Positions 16,671 through 24,737 of a DNA stretch of 24,737 nucleotides are shown piece after piece (position 1 is the stretch's first letter; every line of letters starts with the position of its first letter). The notes beneath the pieces were generated by a model. It searched no databases. It was not told where the DNA came from and saw nothing but the letters and a program-made list of their open reading frames with translations. The DNA comes from a virus (Duplodnaviria > Caudoviricetes). The stretch lies in IMG/VR virus record IMGVR_UViG_3300020042_010329, positions 1 to 24,737 of that record; one strand, 5' to 3'. The translations under genes and the position numbers were made by a program.

Positions 16671-16940
16671 ATGAAAGTTTACACAATTATTTTATCAGAG
16701 GATGGACTCTTCGGCAGATGCGCAACAAACATTAAAGCACTCGACAAAATTATTGCATTATGTCAATACTCGCCGATCTCTATTGAATATAATAACGGCG
16801 AAAAATGGTGCGAGATAAATTACTCCTATGCAAATTTAAATAAAGCGCTAAAATGTAGACCTGAGTTATACGGCAGCTGTTATATAAACTGTAAATCTGG
16901 GAAAATAACTGTCGAGGAGTTAATGGTCGTATCAAAATAA
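16671..16940 (+). CDS. hypothetical protein
   Basis: 89-aa ORF preceded by CAACCACAA. Confidence 0.7.
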   Translation: MKVYTIILSEDGLFGRCATNIKALDKIIALCQYSPISIEYNNGEKWCEINYSYANLNKALKCRPELYGSCYINCKSGKITVEELMVVSK

Positions 16941-16947
16941 ATAAGGA

Positions 16948-16977
16948 ATCGCAGGAGGGAGGATCTCTCTCTCCTGC
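16948..16977 (+). repeat. 30-bp hairpin identical to 4796-4825
   Basis: ATCGCAGGAGGGAGGATCTCTCTCTCCTGC; this copy has no T tract. Confidence 0.85.
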
Positions 16978-17009
16978 AATCAATAACCACAAAAAAAACT
17001 GATATCATT

Positions 17010-17207
17010 ATGAGTTATCCAAACCAAGCAAAATTCGAATACCACCTAACCGATAGCGTTGGCTCTCGCTGGGTCGTTTACCACAATTCGCCAGCGGAGG
17101 CTATCGCTGCTAAAATGAGCTATTTCTACGACAGCCGCTGGATCGTAAAATGCGTTCAGGCTGGAGTTAATAACAATCCTATTTATACAGCTCTACAGCA
17201 CAAATAA
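17010..17207 (+). CDS. hypothetical protein
   Basis: 65-aa ORF preceded by TAACCACAA. Confidence 0.65.
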   Translation: MSYPNQAKFEYHLTDSVGSRWVVYHNSPAEAIAAKMSYFYDSRWIVKCVQAGVNNNPIYTALQHK

Positions 17208-17215
17208 GATCTAAG

Positions 17216-17246
17216 GAGAGGGAGATCTGATCTCCCTCTCTATTTT
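17216..17246 (+). terminator. intergenic hairpin / possible terminator
   Basis: GAGAGGGAGA-TCTGA-TCTCCCTCTC followed by TATTTT. Confidence 0.6.
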
Positions 17247-17267
17247 ATAACCACAAAATTTATAACA

Positions 17268-17723
17268 ATGGCAAAACTAAAAGCAACGGAGTCGGATCTC
17301 CTTTTCGGTTACTGCGATGTAGCGATGGAGCGGCATTTTTACCAAGACAGATTCGTTAAAATACTGGAGTATACGCATCCTCAGTCAGCTCTACCCAGAG
17401 CGAGAGTCTTGTACGAGGGAGATGGATTTTCTCACGAGTTTTATATTCCACGAGTAAACATTACTCGCCCTATACCAGTAAAAAGCTCGATTAAGTTCTG
17501 GTACGATGGTTTCAATATTACCGCCAGAGCGACATTTTATAAGCATCCAGATATCCAGTTCGTAGGAGATAAAACTCCTTTTATCATCGAGGCAATTAAC
17601 GCAAACGGTTTCGATCTTCTGGATCTGGACGAGCTGGCGGAGTTTATGTCTCTGGATCTTGACAGAGTAACCGCCAAAATGCAAAACGTATTTTTGCAGT
17701 ACGCCGATGATCTCCCTTTTTAA
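17268..17723 (+). CDS. hypothetical protein ending in an SSB-like DDLPF tail
   Basis: 151-aa ORF preceded by TAACCACAA. Confidence 0.7.
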   Translation: MAKLKATESDLLFGYCDVAMERHFYQDRFVKILEYTHPQSALPRARVLYEGDGFSHEFYIPRVNITRPIPVKSSIKFWYDGFNITARATFYKHPDIQFVGDKTPFIIEAINANGFDLLDLDELAEFMSLDLDRVTAKMQNVFLQYADDLPF

Positions 17724-17754
17724 TATTAATTTTCAACCACAAAAAACCGCTTTT

Positions 17755-18093
17755 ATGAGACTTTTATCATTATGGATTATATTATCCATCTCTTTTACTG
17801 AATTGTCCGCACAATCGCCAAAGAATAACGAATCCGACTCGATTGTTTATTGTATTCAGGTATTAAGTACACGTAATCCGCATCTCTTGCGCCCTGAGAT
17901 GGTCGCTGCGTTTGACGATCCAGCGATGGTCGATTATTCCGATGGATGGTTTCGCATCGTCTTTTTATATGCTAATCTGGAGGAGGCGCAGATCCATCTC
18001 CAGAGCTGGCAGCGACAGCACAAAAACGCATTTATAGCAACGAGATCCAGATCGCAGGCTAAAAAAATGTATCCTCTGTATACTTACGACTAA
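17755..18093 (+). CDS. secreted SPOR-like domain protein
   Basis: Signal peptide MRLLSLWIILSISFTELSA-Q; Y.IQV.S...GWFRI...Y....EA...L.......AFI pattern. Start moved to 17755, after CAACCACAA. Confidence 0.6.
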   Translation: MRLLSLWIILSISFTELSAQSPKNNESDSIVYCIQVLSTRNPHLLRPEMVAAFDDPAMVDYSDGWFRIVFLYANLEEAQIHLQSWQRQHKNAFIATRSRSQAKKMYPLYTYD

Positions 18094-18097
18094 AAAT

Positions 18098-18205
18098 TAA
18101 TCTGTAGTTTATGAGGCGAAAAACGGATTATTAATTCAGTCTAACAAGGATTGAGAAAATATTAATTAATAGATCTAAGAGCTGTTCGATCCAGCTCCCG
18201 ATTAT
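18098..18205 (+). ncRNA. tRNA-like RNA with aberrant, extended anticodon arm
   Basis: Acceptor-like stem TAATCTG/CCGATTA, TA linker, D-stem GTTT/AAAC with GG in the loop, T-arm GAGCTG-TTCGATC-CAGCTC. Confidence 0.5.
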
Positions 18206-18209
18206 ATTT

Positions 18210-18248
18210 AAAATGCGCTACGGAGGAGATCTCTGCAGCGCATTTTTT
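18210..18248. terminator. bidirectional intrinsic terminator closing the island
   Basis: AAAATGCGCTACGGAG-GAGAT-CTCTGCAGCGCATTTTTT. Confidence 0.75.
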
Positions 18249-18334
18249 GACTTACACTAAGTGTAATTTAAAATACAATATTTAAGATTTTTTATGCGCT
18301 AAAACATACAATTTTAATTAAATATTATGCGTAG

Positions 18335-18661
18335 CTAAAAATCGATTCGATTAGGATGGAAATATGCGTAATGATTGCTTAATATATTGTAAATACCAGT
18401 CGGCTCGAGAGGCAATATCTTCGCCATCGCATTAACCGCTCTGTCCTTTTTCTCATACCTCTCCAGATATTCTGGATACAGTTTAATAACGACATACCGA
18501 TTTATTATACTCTGTCTTACTATATTGAATTTAACAAAGTATTTAACGATATTGGCGATCTCTGGTATATTGCCGAGACTTGTCTCCAGATCCTGACTAA
18601 CATAAGCGCAAAAAAGTCTATGCGAGTTTTTACGTCGATCTCTGCTCAAATTTTCTACCAT
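18335..18661 (-). CDS. hypothetical protein with C-terminal HTH-like segment (possible late regulator)
   Basis: AVNAMAKILPLEPTGIYNILS resembles a Mor-type HTH; function is inference. Confidence 0.5.
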   Translation of the reverse strand: MVENLSRDRRKNSHRLFCAYVSQDLETSLGNIPEIANIVKYFVKFNIVRQSIINRYVVIKLYPEYLERYEKKDRAVNAMAKILPLEPTGIYNILSNHYAYFHPNRIDF

Positions 18662-18891
18662 TCGCTTACGATATTTTTGAAATAAAAAATTACTTTACCT
18701 TTGCAGGATGGACAGCTCAGATCTTTGCGCATCCTTTTTTCTGCGTTCTCTCCTCTCGATAGTATCTTTACATATCGATAGTAAAAGTAAAAAAGTCGCT
18801 CGAGATCTTTATACGCTGGTAGGATCTGCATATTCGAGATGATTGCTTTTATCTCTTCTCGATACTCCTCTGGAACTTCTCTAACGTACAT
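18655..18891 (-). CDS. small hypothetical protein with CxxC
   Basis: 78 aa containing SCPSC; follows the tape measure gene. Confidence 0.6.
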   Translation of the reverse strand: MYVREVPEEYREEIKAIISNMQILPAYKDLERLFYFYYRYVKILSRGENAEKRMRKDLSCPSCKGKVIFYFKNIVSEW

Positions 18892-18903
18892 AATTATTTG
18901 AAT

Positions 18904-21900
18904 TTAAAATGATGCTGTCGCTTTAATTTCTTTCCGTTCTGTTCTGCCTTTTTGAACATCGTCGTCCGTGCTGGCAGTATAAACGACCTGAATTTTATCG
19001 ATTCGATTACTTGTCTCCTGCAGGAGCTGCTCCATCAATAGGAGGCGATTTTTCCCCTCAGTCGCCTCGCTAAGTCTTTCAGAGACAAAAGCCGATGGCG
19101 CACCGACGACTCCTCCAGTCGCAAAATTAGGAATTCGGGCAGCTTTTAAAGTATTATATCCGATCCTGCTCTGCTGCTCTTTGTTCAAAACTACCTCGCC
19201 AGTCTTTAACGTTGCCAGTACGTTATCGCCATTCGAGAGCGGCTTAATATTCCCAGCGCTGGAGACTTTTCCTCCTCCTGCGAACTGGACTATATCTCCA
19301 GACAATTGTCCGACAACGCCTCCACGAGCTAACGGCTGCGCTGCGATGATGGCTGTCTGCGCCAGACCTACAGCGCCAGCGACAACAGCTCCAGCAGGAT
19401 TCGGCGGAATCGCTGTCAATGCTGCACCAATAGCGAGAGCTGTGTTAATAATACTTTGTATTATCGCAAACGCTTTTTGTCGCTTTGCTTCACGTTTGGC
19501 GATTGCCTCTTTCGCTTTTTCCAGCTCCTCCTGAGCCGCTATTTCGGATCTCAGCCTCTCCTCGTAGAATCTCCTACGTAGACCAGTACTATTATCGATC
19601 TCCTCCTGCAGCGCCTCCTGACGTTGCTCGCTCCTTTCAATATCTCTATCGAGCTGCTCCTGCTGTCTTTCATTCATAGCAGATAAAAACTCGTCGAGGA
19701 GGTCGATCCCTTGTTTAAAATAACCTGCAATTTTATTAACAGTTTCGAGATTCGCTTTTAATCTCTCTGCTGTGTTTTTCTTTACGTTGTCCGTTTGCTG
19801 TCTTTCCAGCTCCGCAATATCGGTATTTAATTTTTGCCTCGCAAGTAATATCGCATCGTACTCCTCCTGAGTAACGTCTGCACGTTTCTGTCCGTTCTCA
19901 TCCAGCAGCTGCGCCTCTGCATCATCCAACGACATCAATTTATTTCGGGCCAAAGCAATTTTATCGATAATATCCTGCTCTGCAGCGAGTCGGATCAGTT
20001 CCTCCCTCTTTTTCGCATCTGTCTCCTGAGTGAGCATTTTTTCGAGCAGCTCCTTATTTTTCAGCTCTCGCATCTCAAAAGTATTATCGATATAATCCTG
20101 CTCCTCCTGCAGTATCTCATCACGGAACTGGCGGAGATCCTCAGCCGATTGCTTTGCCTTTTCGAGATCCTCAGCTCTGAAATCCGAATTTAATTTATCA
20201 ATATCGGAATTCGCTTTTTTTGTTACCTCGACTTTTATATTGGAGATCTCTCCAGCGACCTGCTTTTCCTCTGCTGCCGACTGGGCGATGGCTTTCGAAT
20301 TCTCCTCTCTGATCTTTGCGACCTGCTGAGATCCTGCTCCATATAAACGGACAGCCTCCTGCAGCTGCTTCTCTCCCTCTGCCGCTCTTGCTTTGTTTGC
20401 CTCCTGCAGAGTTTTAAACTGCTCATCGAGAGCCGAGATCTGTCTCTCTGCGCCGATCTTTATCTCCTTTACTTGCCGCTCTTGGTCGTCTTTAATATTT
20501 TTAATCTGCTCATCAATATATCGGGATCTCAGATCTGCCAATAAAGCGAGCGCATTTTTCTGAGCTGCCAGCTCGTCATTAATGAATTTAACTCGCTCCT
20601 GAGCTAATTTGTCGAGCGCTTGGTTATACTTCTCGACCGCTCTCTTTGCATCCTCGTCCGCTTTCCTCTTTGCCTCCTCGACTTTTTGCTGCTTCTCGAA
20701 CTCCTCTTGTTGAGCTTTCATTTTCGCAGCGATGGCTTTTTGCTCCTCGTCAGATTTCGCCTTTATCGCATCCTCCTGAGCTTTCAATGCCGCCGTATTA
20801 TCCTCTGTCGACTCTGTACTTTTGTCCGTAGCTGCTGCATAAGTAGCAATCGCACCGCCTGCAGCAATTAAGCCAGTAACAGCCAGACCTATCGGATTCG
20901 CTTTAACTGCTTTGTTAAATCCCTCTTGTACGAGTTTCGCAATTTTCAGAGCTGCAGAATAAGCAGTAATCGCTCCGTTATATATCCATTGTGCCGCTGC
21001 TGCTGCTGCCGATGCTATCCTCGCAAAGTTCATCGCTACCGTAAACGTACCTAATACAACAGCTGCCGCAGCTATTACTGGGGCGAACTGAGTCATTACT
21101 GATATAATGCCAGTAACCAATCCGATTAAAAATTGGATCGGTGAGAGGATCAGTCGGATCGTAGCGCCAAAGAGATCCAGCATCGAGATCGCTTGTCCTC
21201 CAGAGCTGAAAATACCGCCAATTGCAGCCACAAAATTATAAACTGCTTTGCCGAGATCATAGAACGCCATCCCGATCGGCTTCAAAGCATTAAACAAAGC
21301 GATTACTAAATTTATCAGCTGTCCAGTTAACGCATTTTTAAACTCCTTAAAGCTCGTTACGAGATCCTTAGTCTGTTTTGCGACTCTGATCTGGGAGGCG
21401 GCGAGCTCCTTATTAGATTCGAGCATCCGTTTATTATCCTCTGAGAGATCAGAGATCGCTCCTCCTGCCTCCTTAAATGCCGCAGGATACTCTTTAAGTT
21501 TATTAAGGTAATCGTTTGCATTCCCTCTTCCCTCGACCAGCGCTCCCTCAACTTTTCCGAGAGCTTCCTCAAAGCCGATGCCGAACTCTTTGCTTATTGC
21601 TTTCGCTGCTTCCGAGATTGTTTTGGCATCCGTATCGAACGTCTGGGCGAGAGCTGCAGTCTGAGCAGTTAACTCGTCGAGATTTTCTCCATACGCTCCG
21701 CTCGTCTGCATTACTATATCACGAGTCTCTTGTATTTTCTTATTGAATTCGTCCAGCTGCCCGATGGCTCTGTTTATACCAGATGCAGCCTGAAAAGCCA
21801 AAAATCCACCGATGAGAGCTTTCCCAAACGTGGTAATTCTGCCCTCGCTCGTCTTTAATTGTTCGCTAAACGCCTCAAAACCAGGTATTGCGGTATATAA

Positions 21901-22356
21901 TGACCTCGTAATTTTCTGAAAAGTACGAGGATAATCGCCGACTGATCTCTGGAACTGCCCGACCTGACCGTCTACATTTTTTAGAGTCTTATCCAGCTGC
22001 TGGATCTCTTTTTGCATCTTATCGAGCTCCTCAGTCGTTTTCGATCCATCCAGAGCAGCATTTTTAAACTCCTTACGCAGTTTATTGAGCTGTGCGGACA
22101 AAGCATCATACGCACCGACAGCTTTTTCTGGGAGGAATGATTTATTAACGTCATCCTGCGCCTTTTTTAATGCTTTTTGTTGAGCAGTTAGCTCTCCCAG
22201 AGTTTTCGACAGCTCGTTGAATTCCTTTTTACCTGCTTCCGTTGTAATATCGAGAGCATTCATCGAGGTTTTCGTCTCCTTTATTGCCTCGTTTAGATCG
22301 TTTATCGAGTTTATTCCATCGATCTGAATAGTAAAACCTACGACAGTATTCGCCAT
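18904..22356 (-). CDS. tail tape measure protein
   Basis: 1150 aa of coiled coil; RSVGDY motif, Ala/Gly-rich hydrophobic segments, ANPIG, and C-terminal LARGG/FAGGG/GD...A.LK.GE.VLN. Confidence 0.9.
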   Translation of the reverse strand: MANTVVGFTIQIDGINSINDLNEAIKETKTSMNALDITTEAGKKEFNELSKTLGELTAQQKALKKAQDDVNKSFLPEKAVGAYDALSAQLNKLRKEFKNAALDGSKTTEELDKMQKEIQQLDKTLKNVDGQVGQFQRSVGDYPRTFQKITRSLYTAIPGFEAFSEQLKTSEGRITTFGKALIGGFLAFQAASGINRAIGQLDEFNKKIQETRDIVMQTSGAYGENLDELTAQTAALAQTFDTDAKTISEAAKAISKEFGIGFEEALGKVEGALVEGRGNANDYLNKLKEYPAAFKEAGGAISDLSEDNKRMLESNKELAASQIRVAKQTKDLVTSFKEFKNALTGQLINLVIALFNALKPIGMAFYDLGKAVYNFVAAIGGIFSSGGQAISMLDLFGATIRLILSPIQFLIGLVTGIISVMTQFAPVIAAAAVVLGTFTVAMNFARIASAAAAAAQWIYNGAITAYSAALKIAKLVQEGFNKAVKANPIGLAVTGLIAAGGAIATYAAATDKSTESTEDNTAALKAQEDAIKAKSDEEQKAIAAKMKAQQEEFEKQQKVEEAKRKADEDAKRAVEKYNQALDKLAQERVKFINDELAAQKNALALLADLRSRYIDEQIKNIKDDQERQVKEIKIGAERQISALDEQFKTLQEANKARAAEGEKQLQEAVRLYGAGSQQVAKIREENSKAIAQSAAEEKQVAGEISNIKVEVTKKANSDIDKLNSDFRAEDLEKAKQSAEDLRQFRDEILQEEQDYIDNTFEMRELKNKELLEKMLTQETDAKKREELIRLAAEQDIIDKIALARNKLMSLDDAEAQLLDENGQKRADVTQEEYDAILLARQKLNTDIAELERQQTDNVKKNTAERLKANLETVNKIAGYFKQGIDLLDEFLSAMNERQQEQLDRDIERSEQRQEALQEEIDNSTGLRRRFYEERLRSEIAAQEELEKAKEAIAKREAKRQKAFAIIQSIINTALAIGAALTAIPPNPAGAVVAGAVGLAQTAIIAAQPLARGGVVGQLSGDIVQFAGGGKVSSAGNIKPLSNGDNVLATLKTGEVVLNKEQQSRIGYNTLKAARIPNFATGGVVGAPSAFVSERLSEATEGKNRLLLMEQLLQETSNRIDKIQVVYTASTDDDVQKGRTERKEIKATASF

Positions 22357-22361
22357 TATTT

Positions 22362-24473
22362 TTATGTATTAACTTTGCCTATTAAAATAGTATTTTCGAT
22401 ATTATCCTCTGCATCGACCTCGATAAAATCGTACTTTAAATATGTTTTCGTGCTTGCTTTTTTTGCCACGTTGAACGTATTTATTTCCTCGAGGATATAT
22501 CTGTCGTTCCCGATTATTATTTTGTCTCTGAACGTTAAATTTTGCAGCATTAAGATATCCCAGAGCAAAAAGATCTCGAGATACTTTCCAGATTGCAGCC
22601 TCATAAGTTCAGAGAGATAAAATCTCTGCATTAAACCGATGATATTATTGCCGTTTACTGTCTCATTCGCAAACGAGAGCGACATCTGATAACCATCCGT
22701 ATCATTATAATCGACCATATAATTTAACGGAGCTGGATAAACTCCCACGCCTCCGCCATCGTAAACATTAAAATCGCCATTATTGCCGACTTTTTCAGAT
22801 ACCAATATTCTCGGGAGGAGCTGAGAGGGAGTCTCTGTACTCGTACTCGTCTCCAGATAATTAACCGCCCAGATAAAAGGAATCATCGGGATTTTCGTAC
22901 TCGATGTTTCTCGGATCTCCTCATCTGCCAGAACTATAGTCGGAGCAAAAAACGGATTTTCGATTATTGTCTCTCCTTTTTTATATCTGGTTAATGGATA
23001 CACGTATCTCGCCTCCAATATGCCGAGACTCTGGTTTTCGTTCATCGCCTCAACTGTCGGATCGTTGTTGTCCTCTTTCCATTTTAATCGATACGAATCT
23101 ACTTGCTTAGTATCGTTCACGAGTTCGCCTCCCTTACTTAAATCGATGTATTGAGTTAAGTCCGTGCTGGAGTTATAAAATCCATCCTCGAGAGATCTGG
23201 AGTTCGGAAATCGGATCTCATTAAGGTATTTATCGGATGGCTCGATATATACTTTTCTCCCTCCCTCGTCCGTATCAAAACATAAATTAAATGCGTGAGC
23301 GATCCCTTTTATAAAGTCGATAGCTTTCCAGCTCTGGTCGATGATGTATGCAAAGTCGAGAGTAATTCCGTTGATAATCTCAGCCTCTCCAATGATATCG
23401 ATATAATAATCTGCATCTGCGCCAGCGAATACTCCTCCAAACAAAAACGACAACACGTCGCCAGCATTCAACTGGATAACCTGCTCGAACTCGAATGAGA
23501 TATCTGTAAGAGAAGAGATCGTCGGCTGCAGGAATATATTAAACGGCCCAAAATTTATTGTATAAGCAAAATCTGGCGCTCCGAGTCCAGTAATATTATA
23601 TAAATCGACTCTGAATTTAAACAGAAAAAACCCAGTATAAGGAGCAGTATAATCGCCAGTACCGACATTATAAGGATTCGCTCCGATTGCTGGAAAAACT
23701 GTCTGATTCGTGCAAATTATTTGCGCTCCGACAAATGTATAAGGAACAGCCAGCTCGTAATAACTGGCATTCATATAGTCGATACTAAATTGCCCTGCGA
23801 GAGATTTACTCAAAATAGGGATCGGAACGATCAATCTTTTGCCGAAATCAGTATCAAAAAAATCGGACTCAATAGTATAACCTATCGAATTGAATGTTTT
23901 ATTTAGGATATCAGCCACGAATAACGCTGGATGAGAGTCCTCCAAAGCATCGAGCTGCCCGAAAGTAGTATAATCCTTTAGCTTTAACGGCAAATATTTA
24001 TAATCGTTTACTGGATACTCATACGCCCACGCCGATATATTATCCAGATAAGAATAAATATGCGCAGTAAAAGGCAGCTCGGAGATCCTGAGATCGCCGA
24101 TACTGATTACCCAGTCCGCATTCGTGCCGTAAAATGCTACTTTGTAGCTCTCTCCAGTCCATAGATACGCATCCTGACGTAGTGTAACGCTCTGGAGCTG
24201 GCACTTTCCAATAAAGAACGGCAAGCCATCGACCTCGATGCTGGCATCTAAAAAAATTTGTTGATTATAGGATAACGTTCCTGCATCGTAGAATCGATTG
24301 AAAATATCATCGTTTTGTTTTGTTGCTGGCAGCTCAAATGCGTACTCAGATCTACTCCCAGTATTGACCGCAAGTCCGTCTCGACTTTTGATCGAGTAGG
24401 TTAACGGCAAATTTAAGCCGTTTTGCGGCAAATCGGCGACTTTATTATCAATGATGACAGTTATATTCGACAT
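22362..24473 (-). CDS. tail tip / baseplate structural protein
   Basis: 703 aa, acidic and beta-rich; N-terminal DL......LTYSI...G.RS..F.LPAT..N..IF; adjacent to the tape measure gene. Confidence 0.65.
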   Translation of the reverse strand: MSNITVIIDNKVADLPQNGLNLPLTYSIKSRDGLAVNTGSRSEYAFELPATKQNDDIFNRFYDAGTLSYNQQIFLDASIEVDGLPFFIGKCQLQSVTLRQDAYLWTGESYKVAFYGTNADWVISIGDLRISELPFTAHIYSYLDNISAWAYEYPVNDYKYLPLKLKDYTTFGQLDALEDSHPALFVADILNKTFNSIGYTIESDFFDTDFGKRLIVPIPILSKSLAGQFSIDYMNASYYELAVPYTFVGAQIICTNQTVFPAIGANPYNVGTGDYTAPYTGFFLFKFRVDLYNITGLGAPDFAYTINFGPFNIFLQPTISSLTDISFEFEQVIQLNAGDVLSFLFGGVFAGADADYYIDIIGEAEIINGITLDFAYIIDQSWKAIDFIKGIAHAFNLCFDTDEGGRKVYIEPSDKYLNEIRFPNSRSLEDGFYNSSTDLTQYIDLSKGGELVNDTKQVDSYRLKWKEDNNDPTVEAMNENQSLGILEARYVYPLTRYKKGETIIENPFFAPTIVLADEEIRETSSTKIPMIPFIWAVNYLETSTSTETPSQLLPRILVSEKVGNNGDFNVYDGGGVGVYPAPLNYMVDYNDTDGYQMSLSFANETVNGNNIIGLMQRFYLSELMRLQSGKYLEIFLLWDILMLQNLTFRDKIIIGNDRYILEEINTFNVAKKASTKTYLKYDFIEVDAEDNIENTILIGKVNT

Positions 24474-24479
24474 CCTATT

Positions 24480-24737
24480 TTAATTCGATTGTACGCTAAT
24501 ATAATTCGATTCTGCGAACTTAACTGCTACAGATAAAAGCTCGTCGCTCTCCTCCAGCTTTATCGAGCTGTCATCTATAACGACAGCAATCAGTCCGTCG
24601 CTCGTTTCCATATAAACCTCTGGAGATGTAAGCAGCTCGGCAATCCATTCGCCAGTCGCCAGATCGTAGAACGTACTCTCGACTTCATACTCCTTAACGG
24701 CTTCCGTTTGTATCTTGTATCGCCCTCTATCGTATGA
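24480..24737 (-). CDS. 3' part of a tail structural protein (partial)
   Basis: Open frame from the window edge: SYDRGRYKIQ...EWIAELLTSPEVY...SVQSN, stop TAA at 24482-24480. Confidence 0.7.
   Translation of the reverse strand, partial: SYDRGRYKIQTEAVKEYEVESTFYDLATGEWIAELLTSPEVYMETSDGLIAVVIDDSSIKLEESDELLSVAVKFAESNYISVQSN

Noticed and set aside
15590-18250. CRISPR array or integron cassette array
   Set aside because: Repeats are irregularly spaced promoters and hairpins; no constant spacers, attC cores, cas or integrase genes in the window.
18308-18335. dif-like site (minus strand GCTACGCATAA resembles a XerC arm)
   Set aside because: The XerD arm does not match TTATGTTAAAT.

Overview
The window is a fragment of a tailed dsDNA phage or prophage of siphovirus type, most likely infecting Bacteroidota. 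This host call rests on TAnnTTTG promoters, AT-rich leaders without Shine-Dalgarno sequences, and the morphogenesis gene order. The + strand from 1 to 6.4 kb holds an early/replication block: two GH73 glucosaminidases, a replication initiator with iterons, PD-(D/E)xK, RuvC-like and YqaJ nucleases, and a RadC/JAB protein. The - strand from 6.5 to 15.5 kb and 18.3 to 24.7 kb holds virion genes: tail proteins, tape measure, Clp-type prohead protease, capsid, tail tube, portal, connector, two fibres and a holin-like protein. A + strand island of small genes (15.6-18.25 kb) interrupts the structural block. The most notable unexplained signals are: a tRNA-like RNA lacking a normal anticodon arm at the end of the island; a kissing-loop terminator leader before the replication initiator; a start-associated YAACCACAA motif before 10 early genes; a triplicated promoter/operator unit; and a T10 tract inside a 42-bp perfect repeat at the adaptor/fibre junction of both fibre genes. 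All calls come from reading the sequence and motifs by eye; no searches were run.
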